Assembly (NCBI GenBank): GCA_011364965.1
Contig: RDOB01000004.1
Location: forward strand, 96,001 to 160,000
Reading direction: 5' to 3'
Length of the DNA stretch: 64,000 bases
From: Candidatus Heimdallarchaeota archaeon
Lineage (GTDB): Archaea; Asgardarchaeota; Heimdallarchaeia; Hodarchaeales; Hodarchaeaceae
Of this stretch, positions 35,409 through 44,531 are shown in pieces (the first letter of the stretch is position 1; each line of letters begins with the position of its first letter). A program made the position numbers and the translations under genes. Below the pieces are notes generated by a model. The model saw nothing but the letters and a program-made list of their open reading frames with translations. It was not told the origin of the DNA and made no database searches.

Positions 35409-36413
35409 TTATTTTTCCCTTTCAATAAGGAATCTGACTAAAATTTTGAGAAATTCTATTAAATCATCTGCTTCGGTGTCATCAGGTGAGATTTCATTTT
35501 GTACTTCATCTAATCCGTTTATTGCAGCATTATAGTACTTATTTCTTACTTCCTTCACCTGTTCTGTGCATGAATGAAAAACCTGTAAAACATATTTGAT
35601 GTCTTCTTTGCTTTTTTCTCCCACAGATTTATTATAGATAGCTTTTATTTTCTCCGCGTGTTCTGTTTGGAGGGCAAAATATAGGAATAAATTCCTTTTT
35701 GATTCTTGTATATCCCAATATTGAACTTTCCCAAATTGCTCTGGATCCCCCTGAATGTCTAAATAATCATCTTGAATTTGAAAGGCGATTCCAGCATCAA
35801 TTATGGCTTTGTCTAATTTTTTGGTAAATAGATCCATTCGATTGGCTGCAAGACACCCTAGTCGGACGCATCCTGCAAAGACAATAGCAGTTTTTAATTC
35901 CATGATTTTGATCACGTGAGCTAAATCAAAATTAAAGTTCTGATCCAATCTATCTTCTAATTCTATAGCGTTTCCTAAACCCACTTGATACGCATAATCT
36001 ATTACATAAAACAGACTGGGGTTATCTTTGAGGAGCGTTAGGGCATAAGCATGTAAAACGTCTCCATCATGGAGGGCACGATCCCGACCATGAACTATAT
36101 GGAATGAATCTTTTCCACGTCGAATTGGAGCATTGTCTATAAGATCATCATGGATCAATGTCATGTTATGCAATAGCTCAATGGCGATTGCTGAATTATA
36201 AGACTTCTGCATCGCTTCTTCCTCCCCATTACTTCCTTCAGCTAATAATTTAGTCGTAAGTGCAATCAATGAGGGTCTTAGCTGCTTACCTTTGGTAGAT
36301 AGAATAAAATTTCGAATTCGTTCTTTCGTGGGACTCTCCATTGCTTCGATTGCTTGATCTAGCTCTTTGTTTAAATTTTCCAATATTACTTCATCTAAGA
36401 ATTGTTCTGCCAC
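35409..36413 (-). CDS. idsA: Trans-polyprenyl diphosphate synthase (GGPP synthase-like)
   Basis: GKQLRP, FARM DDLID..RRG, KT, SARM 'AFQIQDDYLD', 'FGK'. Confidence 0.85.
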   Translation of the reverse strand: MAEQFLDEVILENLNKELDQAIEAMESPTKERIRNFILSTKGKQLRPSLIALTTKLLAEGSNGEEEAMQKSYNSAIAIELLHNMTLIHDDLIDNAPIRRGKDSFHIVHGRDRALHDGDVLHAYALTLLKDNPSLFYVIDYAYQVGLGNAIELEDRLDQNFNFDLAHVIKIMELKTAIVFAGCVRLGCLAANRMDLFTKKLDKAIIDAGIAFQIQDDYLDIQGDPEQFGKVQYWDIQESKRNLFLYFALQTEHAEKIKAIYNKSVGEKSKEDIKYVLQVFHSCTEQVKEVRNKYYNAAINGLDEVQNEISPDDTEADDLIEFLKILVRFLIEREK

Positions 36414-36608
36414 TTGTTAAGACCTCATTACTCTGTCATTACCGCAAAATGCTCATTAAATTGTTAGGTGGGATATTCAGGTTTCTTTTTTGAAAAAGAT
36501 TAAGTAGGACTATATTTTTAGCAATTATATAATAGATTTGCTCAAAGATTGGGAGCTATTGATAATTTTATATTGATAATTATCTTGGTATAAATTAGGG
36601 TATGTAGC

Positions 36609-37889
36609 TTGGAACTATTAATTTGCATTGAGTGTGGACAAGAAACTCCACCAAATCGGTATTGTGTATTTTGTGGGAATCCTCTGCCTCAAATAAAATT
36701 ATGTTGGCGCTGTCAATCTAGGATACCCATTCAAATGAATTTCTGTACTAATTGTGGAGCTAATCTAAACCAAAATTGGAATTATGTATCTAATTTGGCC
36801 CCATCAAGATTTGATAAGATTCTATTATATTTTCAAGCGGGGATTTTAGTTATATTCCTCCTATCTATGTATTTCTTTGTTCAGATTTTGCTGGGATTCA
36901 TTTTATTCTCAGTATTTGCTGAAAATCCTTCAATGGAAGACGCGAGTTCAATTTCTCTAACAGTTATTGTTATGATACTGAGTAATATTATAATGGTGGG
37001 ATTGATAACTAAAATTTCTCCCTCAACCTTTGGAAAAAGTCCATCAAAAGCTATCACTATAAAAATACTCGTTATTTTAATTCTTCTCCTATTTTTTCTG
37101 TTATTTTTTCTAGAACTTGTCTTAATGGTTTTGAACCATATATTAGATACCGCTGGATTAAGTTCTGATCAACTTTCCCCCTATGATTCTTTTTTTGAGG
37201 ATCCTGTTAATTATATCTTGTTTGCTATTCTAGCAGTATCTATTGGTCCGGTTTTTGAGGAACTTGTATTTCGTCAAGTCTTAATTAACACAATGCACAA
37301 ACAAATTAACTCGAGATACACCCTAGTGATAATTAGCGCTATCATCTTTGCTCTCTCACATACTGCAGGAGATCTAATAGATGGATCTCTACGTTACGCG
37401 ATTCTACATTTGGCAGCTACTTTTATTCTTGGAGTGTTTCTAGGTATGCTTTTCATTTATAAAGGATTAAAGACTGCAATAATATTCCATTCTTTGTGGA
37501 ATTTTTTTTCTATTATAATACAAGTTATGGTCGAACTTGATCAAATTTCACTTCTTGATACAATTGTAATAATTTTGTTTATTATTTCTACTTCAATACT
37601 TATTTGGTTAATTCATGCAAATCGAAGAGAAATTAAATCTAGTTTAATAGAGGTGAATTTTCCGCAATTAAAAGATACAGGAATCATTGTTTTTAATCTC
37701 ATTTTAATATTAGCTTACGAATTAGCTCTACCATTAACTCTTTATTCAGAACCAGATTTCATTGCATTAACATTGATCTTAATCTTTCAGTTCCTAGGTG
37801 TGATCTTCGGTATTATTTTCATTGAAAATGAAAGACGAATTAACAGATCTAAAGGATTTAGAGCCCAAAAATCAAAAATAGGAGATTAG
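36609..37889 (+). CDS. Double Zn-ribbon fused to CPBP (Abi/Rce1-type) intramembrane protease
   Basis: Four CxxC pairs at the N-terminus; 'FEELVFR', 'FALSH', 'HSLWN'. Confidence 0.88.
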   Translation: MELLICIECGQETPPNRYCVFCGNPLPQIKLCWRCQSRIPIQMNFCTNCGANLNQNWNYVSNLAPSRFDKILLYFQAGILVIFLLSMYFFVQILLGFILFSVFAENPSMEDASSISLTVIVMILSNIIMVGLITKISPSTFGKSPSKAITIKILVILILLLFFLLFFLELVLMVLNHILDTAGLSSDQLSPYDSFFEDPVNYILFAILAVSIGPVFEELVFRQVLINTMHKQINSRYTLVIISAIIFALSHTAGDLIDGSLRYAILHLAATFILGVFLGMLFIYKGLKTAIIFHSLWNFFSIIIQVMVELDQISLLDTIVIILFIISTSILIWLIHANRREIKSSLIEVNFPQLKDTGIIVFNLILILAYELALPLTLYSEPDFIALTLILIFQFLGVIFGIIFIENERRINRSKGFRAQKSKIGD

Positions 37890-38875
37890 GTCATTTTGAA
37901 GTGGGCTCGTGGATCTTCTATAAAAACAGGCACTGCAGCTGCTCCTCTTTTAACTTCCACATCATCCATACCGAGGATCCTAACAATTTCCTTAAAACGA
38001 TTTCTAATCGTTACAGGGGTCGTTCGTGCAGCTTTGGCTATTTGTTGTTGCGTTCTCCGTTCACCTGTTTTGACACCAGCAATATACAAACATGCTGCTG
38101 CAATGGACATGGGATTTTTTCCTACTGTAATTCCACATTCACGCGTTTTCTTAGTAATACGGACAGCCTCCATCCTAGTAGGCATACTCAAGCTTAATTC
38201 CTCTCCAAGTCTATGAATTAGGGCTTCATGTCTTCCTGAATCAGGCTTTGTTTGTAGGTGTTGAATTATTGTACGAACACATCGTCCTAGTTCTTTGGAT
38301 GAAACGTTTGCATTAATTGCAACATCTTTCAATGTTAGAGGAATTTTAGTTTTTCTACAGGCAAGATAAAGACTTGCAGCAATCATTCCGTCAATGGAAC
38401 GTCCACGAATGAGGTTTTTCTTTAAACACTGTCTGTAGTAGGAACTAGCCATTTGTGCAGTTCTCTCAGGTAATTCCATTTGGCTTCGTAAACGTTTCAA
38501 TTCTCTTAAGGCTATACGGAGGTTGCGTAATTCGCTTTCATGAGCATGATTATCGACATTAGTCAAGCGATTAAACACTAAGCGCTTAGTTGACGATAAC
38601 TTTCTGCCTTTCCCATCTGTTCTAGATTTACTAATCTGAGTTTTGATACCTAAATCAGGCTGAAGAAGAGACAAGGGAGAACCACTGCGAGAACGATCCT
38701 GCTCTTCCTGATAATCATAAGCACGCCATTCAGGTCCTTGATCAAACATTAGAGAGTCTACAACCACCCCACAACATGCGCATATCCATTGACCTGACCG
38801 AGGATCAGAAACGATATTATCTAATGCCCCGCATTCAGGACATTTTCTATGTCGAACCATATCTTTCTGAATCAT
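37886..38875 (-). CDS. tfb: Transcription initiation factor IIB
   Basis: Zn ribbon CPEC/CACC, 'DQGPEWRA', two cyclin repeats 'IRGRSI' and 'GKNP..IAAA', 'TIRNRFKE'. Confidence 0.95.
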   Translation of the reverse strand: MIQKDMVRHRKCPECGALDNIVSDPRSGQWICACCGVVVDSLMFDQGPEWRAYDYQEEQDRSRSGSPLSLLQPDLGIKTQISKSRTDGKGRKLSSTKRLVFNRLTNVDNHAHESELRNLRIALRELKRLRSQMELPERTAQMASSYYRQCLKKNLIRGRSIDGMIAASLYLACRKTKIPLTLKDVAINANVSSKELGRCVRTIIQHLQTKPDSGRHEALIHRLGEELSLSMPTRMEAVRITKKTRECGITVGKNPMSIAAACLYIAGVKTGERRTQQQIAKAARTTPVTIRNRFKEIVRILGMDDVEVKRGAAAVPVFIEDPRAHFKMT

Positions 38876-39190
38876 AACAATCGACTCTCTTAGATAGGCG
38901 TAACATATAGATTTTTCTAGATAAATTTTCCGTATTCTTTATTTTGCTAATTCCTTTTCCTGATTCAATTAAATCGGAAACCATTACACTAGGTTTATTT
39001 TTTGTTCTATAATTGGCATTTTCTTTTCAAAAAGAATTTTTCCTTTGTTGAAGGGAGATTTAGAGTGCCTAGCAAAATTCTCCGATATAAGGAAACTCTA
39101 ACTAGGGATTAAAGATAAAATACAGATATTTACTTTAATTTCTCCAGAATCTAAGAGATGATTAGAGATGTTCACATCATCTATTATATT

Positions 39191-40090
39191 TCATTCTCTT
39201 AGACAATTTTTAATATAGTATTCTCCAGCCTTATAAGAACTTCTAACAAGTGGACCTGAAGCTACGTATAAGAATCCGAGTTCAATGGCAATTTTTTCCC
39301 AGTATTCAAACACCTCAGGTAGGATATATTCAATAACGTCAAGATTTTTGCGAGAAGGTTGCAAATATTGGCCAATTGTGACAATATCAACATCAACTAA
39401 TCTTAACTCTTTAAGAGCAGAGAAAACTTGATCTGAAGTCTCACCTAAACCGAGCATAATTGATGATTTAGTCAAAATATTAGAATCCAACCGTTTTATT
39501 GTATCTAGGATCTGAAGGGACTGATCGAAGCTAGCTCGTTTATCTCTCACCATTGGGGTCATTGCACGAGTCGTTTCGATGTTATGTCCCATCACATGCG
39601 GTTTGCTTTTGACCAAAGATTTTAAAGCACGTAAATTTCCTTGAAAATCAGGATGAAGGATTTCAATAATTACTTCCGAGGTCTCATTCTGAACTGCTTC
39701 AACACAGTGAGCTAGATGTAAAGCCCCACCATCTAGTAGATCATCGCGGGTTACTGAGGTCAGAACTACATATTTTAATTTCATATCTTTGACTGCTTGT
39801 GCTAAGTTTTTAGGTTCCAAGGGGTTAAGAATCCCATGAGGATCTTGGGTTGTGACATCACAAAATTTACAGTTTCGTGTACAAACAGAACCCATGAGTA
39901 AGAAGGTTGCTGTTCCCGATTCCCAGCATTCAGTCCAATTTGGACATAATGCTTCCTCACAAACTGTATGAAGCTGATTGTTCTTGAGAATTGATTTAAT
40001 TTCTTTGAATTTAGCTTTGGTGGGTAATTTAGATCTAATCCAAGTAGGTTTAGGTTGATGAGGGGATTTTTTAGTTCTCATTAGGATCAA
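39191..40090 (-). CDS. lipA: Lipoyl synthase
   Basis: CEEALCPNWTEC, radical-SAM CTRNCKFC, 'GQYLQP', RSSY. Confidence 0.96.
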   Translation of the reverse strand: MILMRTKKSPHQPKPTWIRSKLPTKAKFKEIKSILKNNQLHTVCEEALCPNWTECWESGTATFLLMGSVCTRNCKFCDVTTQDPHGILNPLEPKNLAQAVKDMKLKYVVLTSVTRDDLLDGGALHLAHCVEAVQNETSEVIIEILHPDFQGNLRALKSLVKSKPHVMGHNIETTRAMTPMVRDKRASFDQSLQILDTIKRLDSNILTKSSIMLGLGETSDQVFSALKELRLVDVDIVTIGQYLQPSRKNLDVIEYILPEVFEYWEKIAIELGFLYVASGPLVRSSYKAGEYYIKNCLRE

Positions 40091-40249
40091 TTCTCATATT
40101 ACTTGATTATTTTTACCCATTCTCTTGTTATTACCAAAACTTCATGTAGGTTATTATAAAAATCATAGGGATTATTCATATAATTTCGATATATTTAACT
40201 TTAAAATCACCAATAGTACTTCTGAATAACTTTTAGCTTATAATCTAAG

Positions 40250-42655
40250 GTGTTACATTCATTGATTCGGCAAATTGAGCTTTTGGATACTCTATCAGAG
40301 ATTCTTGACCTTCAAATTCTAGCAGGCATTTTCACGATCCTGCTAATTTTCGTTTTTTTCACAGAATTAAGAAAATTTCTCAAATACCGATCCTATCCCG
40401 ATTTAATGGAATTAAGCGGAGTGGGGTTGATGTTTACTGGATTATTTACTTTAACAGGAGATATTTTGCTCGCAGGATTGGCTAGTATATTAGCAATGAT
40501 GCTCATAGGATCTTTTGAGGTAAGAGAAAACCTCATTTGGTTTCGGATGATGCTCACTTTTACTATATCTTATGGTTTCTTCTTTATCATGGTGATTTTT
40601 GGTTTTATAACATCTAAAGCATTTCCAAGCATTGGTGAAAACCTAAAGGGGTTTTTGATAACAATCGGATTTGAATCAACTCTTGACATAAACCAATTCT
40701 TCGTTGGGATTGGATATAATCTTGTTTTATGGATAATGATCTTAACTGCATTTATTGTCTTTGGAAAAAGATTCATTATTGTAACAAGGTTCATCAGCCC
40801 CCAGATGGTTTATTTAGTGCTCTATCTGATAGCATTAATCTTTGTGTTACAATTAGACTTACCAGACTTAGCGAAGTATATAGCCATATTCGCTGTCAAT
40901 ATATTGGTTTATCTGGCATCGGGACCGATTTTAACTTTCCTATTTGGAATCAAACCATTAGAAGATAAGCGAGTGGAAAGAATTATTGAAGAAGTGCAAC
41001 AAAAAATCCAAACTCCCGTAAGAAAAGTCGGAATAGTGAATGCACCTATTCTTAACGCATTTGCATATGGGCCTTGGTTTGATCAAAGGATTGCATATAT
41101 TACTTCAGAACTTGATAAATTTACTGATAGCGAAATACGGGGAATTACTGCACATGAACTTGCTCATGTCAAACGAAGACATACTTTACTTCTACTAGGA
41201 ATAACTGCTATTGAATTAATTATAAAAGCAATCTTAAATGCTCCAAGTAATTATTGGGAATACGTTTTAGGTTCAAATACTACTTGGGATTTCCTAAGCT
41301 TTTGGTTATTTAATATTAGCTTATTTGCAGTTTTACTGACGTTTGTCAAAATGTTAGAGGGACAGGCTGATAAAATAACCCGTGAAGAGGGATTTGGAAC
41401 TGATCTTGCAGAGTCCTTATACAGATTAGAAGGATTTTATTATGGTATTGCTGGAGAAATTGGATTCAATACCCAATTGATGACTGGAAAGACCCGAACG
41501 AGAGAGGAAGATATCCGTTTTATGGGTGACGAAGCGTTCTATCTATATAAGAATCTTGCTCCAAGTAGAATGACCTGTTTTATGAACCTGATAGCATCCC
41601 ATCCCTTAACATCTATCAGACTATCAATGCAAGTTGATAAATCTATCGGAGCCATTAAAGCTGGATTCATGATATGGTTCTTACTACTTCCGGGATTGAG
41701 AAAACGGACTATTAAGAAACTCCAAAGTAACCACTTAAAAGTTGCAGGAATGTTATCAAATAAATATTCGCGCGATTTTGGAACAATTAAAGAATATAAT
41801 GAAATAACTTTTGAAGAAGCTCCCTTTAAGTATTATATTGGTCATTTTGTTTTAGCAAAATCCTGGTTAATTGATGGAGAGGCACATTGGGGAAAAATGG
41901 TTGGATACAGAATAACAGAGGATATCGTTTCTCCAATAATTTTTGACTTAGAGTTGATGAATGGATCAACGATTTCGATCAGAAAAAGTGATTACTCTCT
42001 AATTATGGCAGAACCGAAGCATCAATATTTTACTAAGCAAGGGAAGATCGTTACACTTGAAAATATCGAGTTAAAAGACGGAAAATTTAAGAAATTCGAA
42101 TTTTCCTCAAACGGAAAGAATTTTCATTCAAATACAATAGGATTTGCGGTAAAAGAGCTTGAGAACCATCAAAACTGGTTTGTGTACAAACAAGGAGTTA
42201 TTAACGCTTGGAAATTAGATAATTTAGAGATTAATGAATCATTTCAGAATTCAAAATTCCTTTTCCTAGAAGAAGATAAAAAATATGAATTCACTGGTAA
42301 GGAGCTTGTAGCATTAGTACCACCCCAATTTCAAATGATTTATGCTAAAAACTGGGAAAAGGAAAAATTCTTCTTTAAAAGACTACAATTACTGAAAGAA
42401 CCGATAATTCTTTATGATAAAGAAGATATAGATATAGGAGCCCCTTGTCTAATATCTGGAGTTAACTTTGAAGATAAAACAATCTCAATAATTGAGAATG
42501 GAAAGCAAAGAGAATTAAATATTAAAAAAATTGATGCAATAGTATTGGATTATCCTTTCTATTTTCTTTCTTTCAAAAAGGAAATGGGTTTCACTAATGT
42601 CTTATCTCTAAAATTATTTAATCGTGGAGCCAAAGCTAAATATATTGGGGTGTAA
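40250..42655 (+). CDS. M48 (HtpX/Ste24) membrane Zn metalloprotease with extra N-terminal TM region and large C-terminal soluble domain
   Basis: 'NAFAYG', HELAH, 'EGQAD', 'SHP'. Confidence 0.85.
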   Translation: MLHSLIRQIELLDTLSEILDLQILAGIFTILLIFVFFTELRKFLKYRSYPDLMELSGVGLMFTGLFTLTGDILLAGLASILAMMLIGSFEVRENLIWFRMMLTFTISYGFFFIMVIFGFITSKAFPSIGENLKGFLITIGFESTLDINQFFVGIGYNLVLWIMILTAFIVFGKRFIIVTRFISPQMVYLVLYLIALIFVLQLDLPDLAKYIAIFAVNILVYLASGPILTFLFGIKPLEDKRVERIIEEVQQKIQTPVRKVGIVNAPILNAFAYGPWFDQRIAYITSELDKFTDSEIRGITAHELAHVKRRHTLLLLGITAIELIIKAILNAPSNYWEYVLGSNTTWDFLSFWLFNISLFAVLLTFVKMLEGQADKITREEGFGTDLAESLYRLEGFYYGIAGEIGFNTQLMTGKTRTREEDIRFMGDEAFYLYKNLAPSRMTCFMNLIASHPLTSIRLSMQVDKSIGAIKAGFMIWFLLLPGLRKRTIKKLQSNHLKVAGMLSNKYSRDFGTIKEYNEITFEEAPFKYYIGHFVLAKSWLIDGEAHWGKMVGYRITEDIVSPIIFDLELMNGSTISIRKSDYSLIMAEPKHQYFTKQGKIVTLENIELKDGKFKKFEFSSNGKNFHSNTIGFAVKELENHQNWFVYKQGVINAWKLDNLEINESFQNSKFLFLEEDKKYEFTGKELVALVPPQFQMIYAKNWEKEKFFFKRLQLLKEPIILYDKEDIDIGAPCLISGVNFEDKTISIIENGKQRELNIKKIDAIVLDYPFYFLSFKKEMGFTNVLSLKLFNRGAKAKYIGV

Positions 42656-42660
42656 AAGGA

Positions 42661-43914
42661 TCACTCCTTAATTTTAAAAATTTCAGTATAAAGTTCATTA
42701 GCTCGCTCTCCTCTCTCAACAAGAGATTCCTTGAATTGAGCTAATTCTTTTTCTTTCAGCTTTATATCCTCATCGTTTTCTGCGATTTTTACTTTAAGTT
42801 CCTCCATTTGAGATTCAAGATCTGTAAGCTTTTTATTTATTTCAATATACTCTGGTGTTTTCTCATTGCTAATTTGAGCTGCTTCCAAAGTCTTCCATTC
42901 CTCCTTCATCTTATTCATTTTTCCACTCTTTATCTGATTCAGCTCTTGTCGTAGATTATTGATATCCTTTTGTTTCAATTTTAACTCAGTTTCCCCAATT
43001 TTCAGCAATTCCTCAATTAAAGCGGTAATTTCTGGGTTCTCATCGGTTTCAGTTAAAAATCTCTGAACAGGGTCTTCTTCATAAGACAGTGCTGCATTTA
43101 CAAGTCCAAAATCCCCCGAAAATGTTCCACGTTGAATCTCTCTTGCATATTTCTTAAATATTTTTTTGAACGAATTTAAATGCTTACCCAACTCAATTTC
43201 AAGCTCTCTCATTCTAATTGTCCGTTGCCTAGATGACTTAATCAAGATATTTTCAAGATACAGAGAAATTTGTTTTTCAATTTCTATCTCTTCTCTCTTT
43301 AATGTTTCAAGACGATTTTGAGCTTCCATCAATTCGTTTTTTGTGTCTTGAATATTATCATCTAATGTATTGACTTCAGTTATAATGTCCCTTAAGTCCT
43401 CAATAGTTTTAATTATTTGATATTCATTTTTCTGGAGTTCACGAAGCGTAGATAACTCTGATGCCAACTTTCCAATGGGTACATAAACAGAACGCTTTTT
43501 TAGCATGAAATCTAAACCCATTATTGAATCAGTTTGTTTTGTTTCCTGATTTACATCATTTATCAATCTAGAAAAGGTTCGAATGAATTGATTGAATTCT
43601 GAGGAGGTGAATTGATGATTAGGATCAGGTACATCAAAATCATTGAATTTATCAGCAAGAAGATGTACCAATCGATTTATTGCTTTTAATGAGTTAAAAT
43701 AAATTTTACCTTTTTTAGTGATTTTTTTTACTCCCTCCTCGGTCAATTGAGGATCCGTTTCTTCAATGAGACTTTTACATCCTTCTTTGACTTTGTCAGT
43801 ATTTTTAACAATTGATTCTCTTATTTTTTTGCTGTTATTGTAAGCATTTGAAATTTCTTTCTTTTTTTGGTCTTCAATTTGCTCAATATACCCTAAAATC
43901 TCTTTTTCTAACAT
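42661..43914 (-). CDS. Long coiled-coil hypothetical protein
   Basis: E/K-rich heptad segments throughout; no Walker motifs. Confidence 0.7.
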   Translation of the reverse strand: MLEKEILGYIEQIEDQKKKEISNAYNNSKKIRESIVKNTDKVKEGCKSLIEETDPQLTEEGVKKITKKGKIYFNSLKAINRLVHLLADKFNDFDVPDPNHQFTSSEFNQFIRTFSRLINDVNQETKQTDSIMGLDFMLKKRSVYVPIGKLASELSTLRELQKNEYQIIKTIEDLRDIITEVNTLDDNIQDTKNELMEAQNRLETLKREEIEIEKQISLYLENILIKSSRQRTIRMRELEIELGKHLNSFKKIFKKYAREIQRGTFSGDFGLVNAALSYEEDPVQRFLTETDENPEITALIEELLKIGETELKLKQKDINNLRQELNQIKSGKMNKMKEEWKTLEAAQISNEKTPEYIEINKKLTDLESQMEELKVKIAENDEDIKLKEKELAQFKESLVERGERANELYTEIFKIKE

Positions 43915-43921
43915 AGGTTTC

Positions 43922-44317
43922 TCATCTGCCCTTTTTTGCCTCGTAAATTGAAGTTAGAAATAGTTCATCGAGTTTTGTAATCATAATCTCTAAGTATGGA
44001 TCTCCTGTTCCTTTATCTCTGATACCAATTGTGATGTGATTAACTTCCCCATCAACAATATCCGCGAAATTTAAACCCAGAGGCGATGTACTGGCATTTT
44101 CCCAAATCTGAGGTAAAATAGCAGATAATTGCTCAAATTCAACTGCTTCCATATCAACAATTGATCCCTCTCTTCTTTTTAACCCAGTTAATGGAAACCC
44201 ATTTTCATCGCTAACAAATGATGAAATAACTTTATGCTTACCTTCTCCTGTTAACATCTGTTTTGATAAAATGGCACGAAGAGATAAGCGCATTTGGTCT
44301 TCCAGATTTTGACCCAT
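43922..44317 (-). CDS. Roadblock/LAMTOR (MglB-like) domain protein
   Basis: Helix - 'VISSFVSDENGFPL' - helix 'EQLSAIL..IWE' - three beta strands; GAGG SD. Confidence 0.65.
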   Translation of the reverse strand: MGQNLEDQMRLSLRAILSKQMLTGEGKHKVISSFVSDENGFPLTGLKRREGSIVDMEAVEFEQLSAILPQIWENASTSPLGLNFADIVDGEVNHITIGIRDKGTGDPYLEIMITKLDELFLTSIYEAKKGR

Positions 44318-44531
44318 TTTTTTATCCTCTCTAGTTTTATTATACTCTTTAATGTTAGCGTTTCGTCATCTAAAGGATGAAATGAGATTCTTAAGAATTT
44401 TTGGCGAACGGCATTCTATGAAGGAAAAAAATCATGGTTCGAAAAGATAATATTTTCAAAGAAAGTCGATGGCACATGGCTAAGATTCCTCAGCCAAGAG
44501 ATGTCAATTTAGTAATCGGCGCGTAAAACTC

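Noticed and set aside
42661-43914. SMC/Rad50 ATPase
   Set aside because: No Walker A/B, signature motif or Zn hook; coiled coil only.
44340-44420. Fluoride riboswitch (GTTCGCC on the minus strand)
   Set aside because: The complementary GGCGATGG 5' segment is missing and the downstream gene is unrelated.
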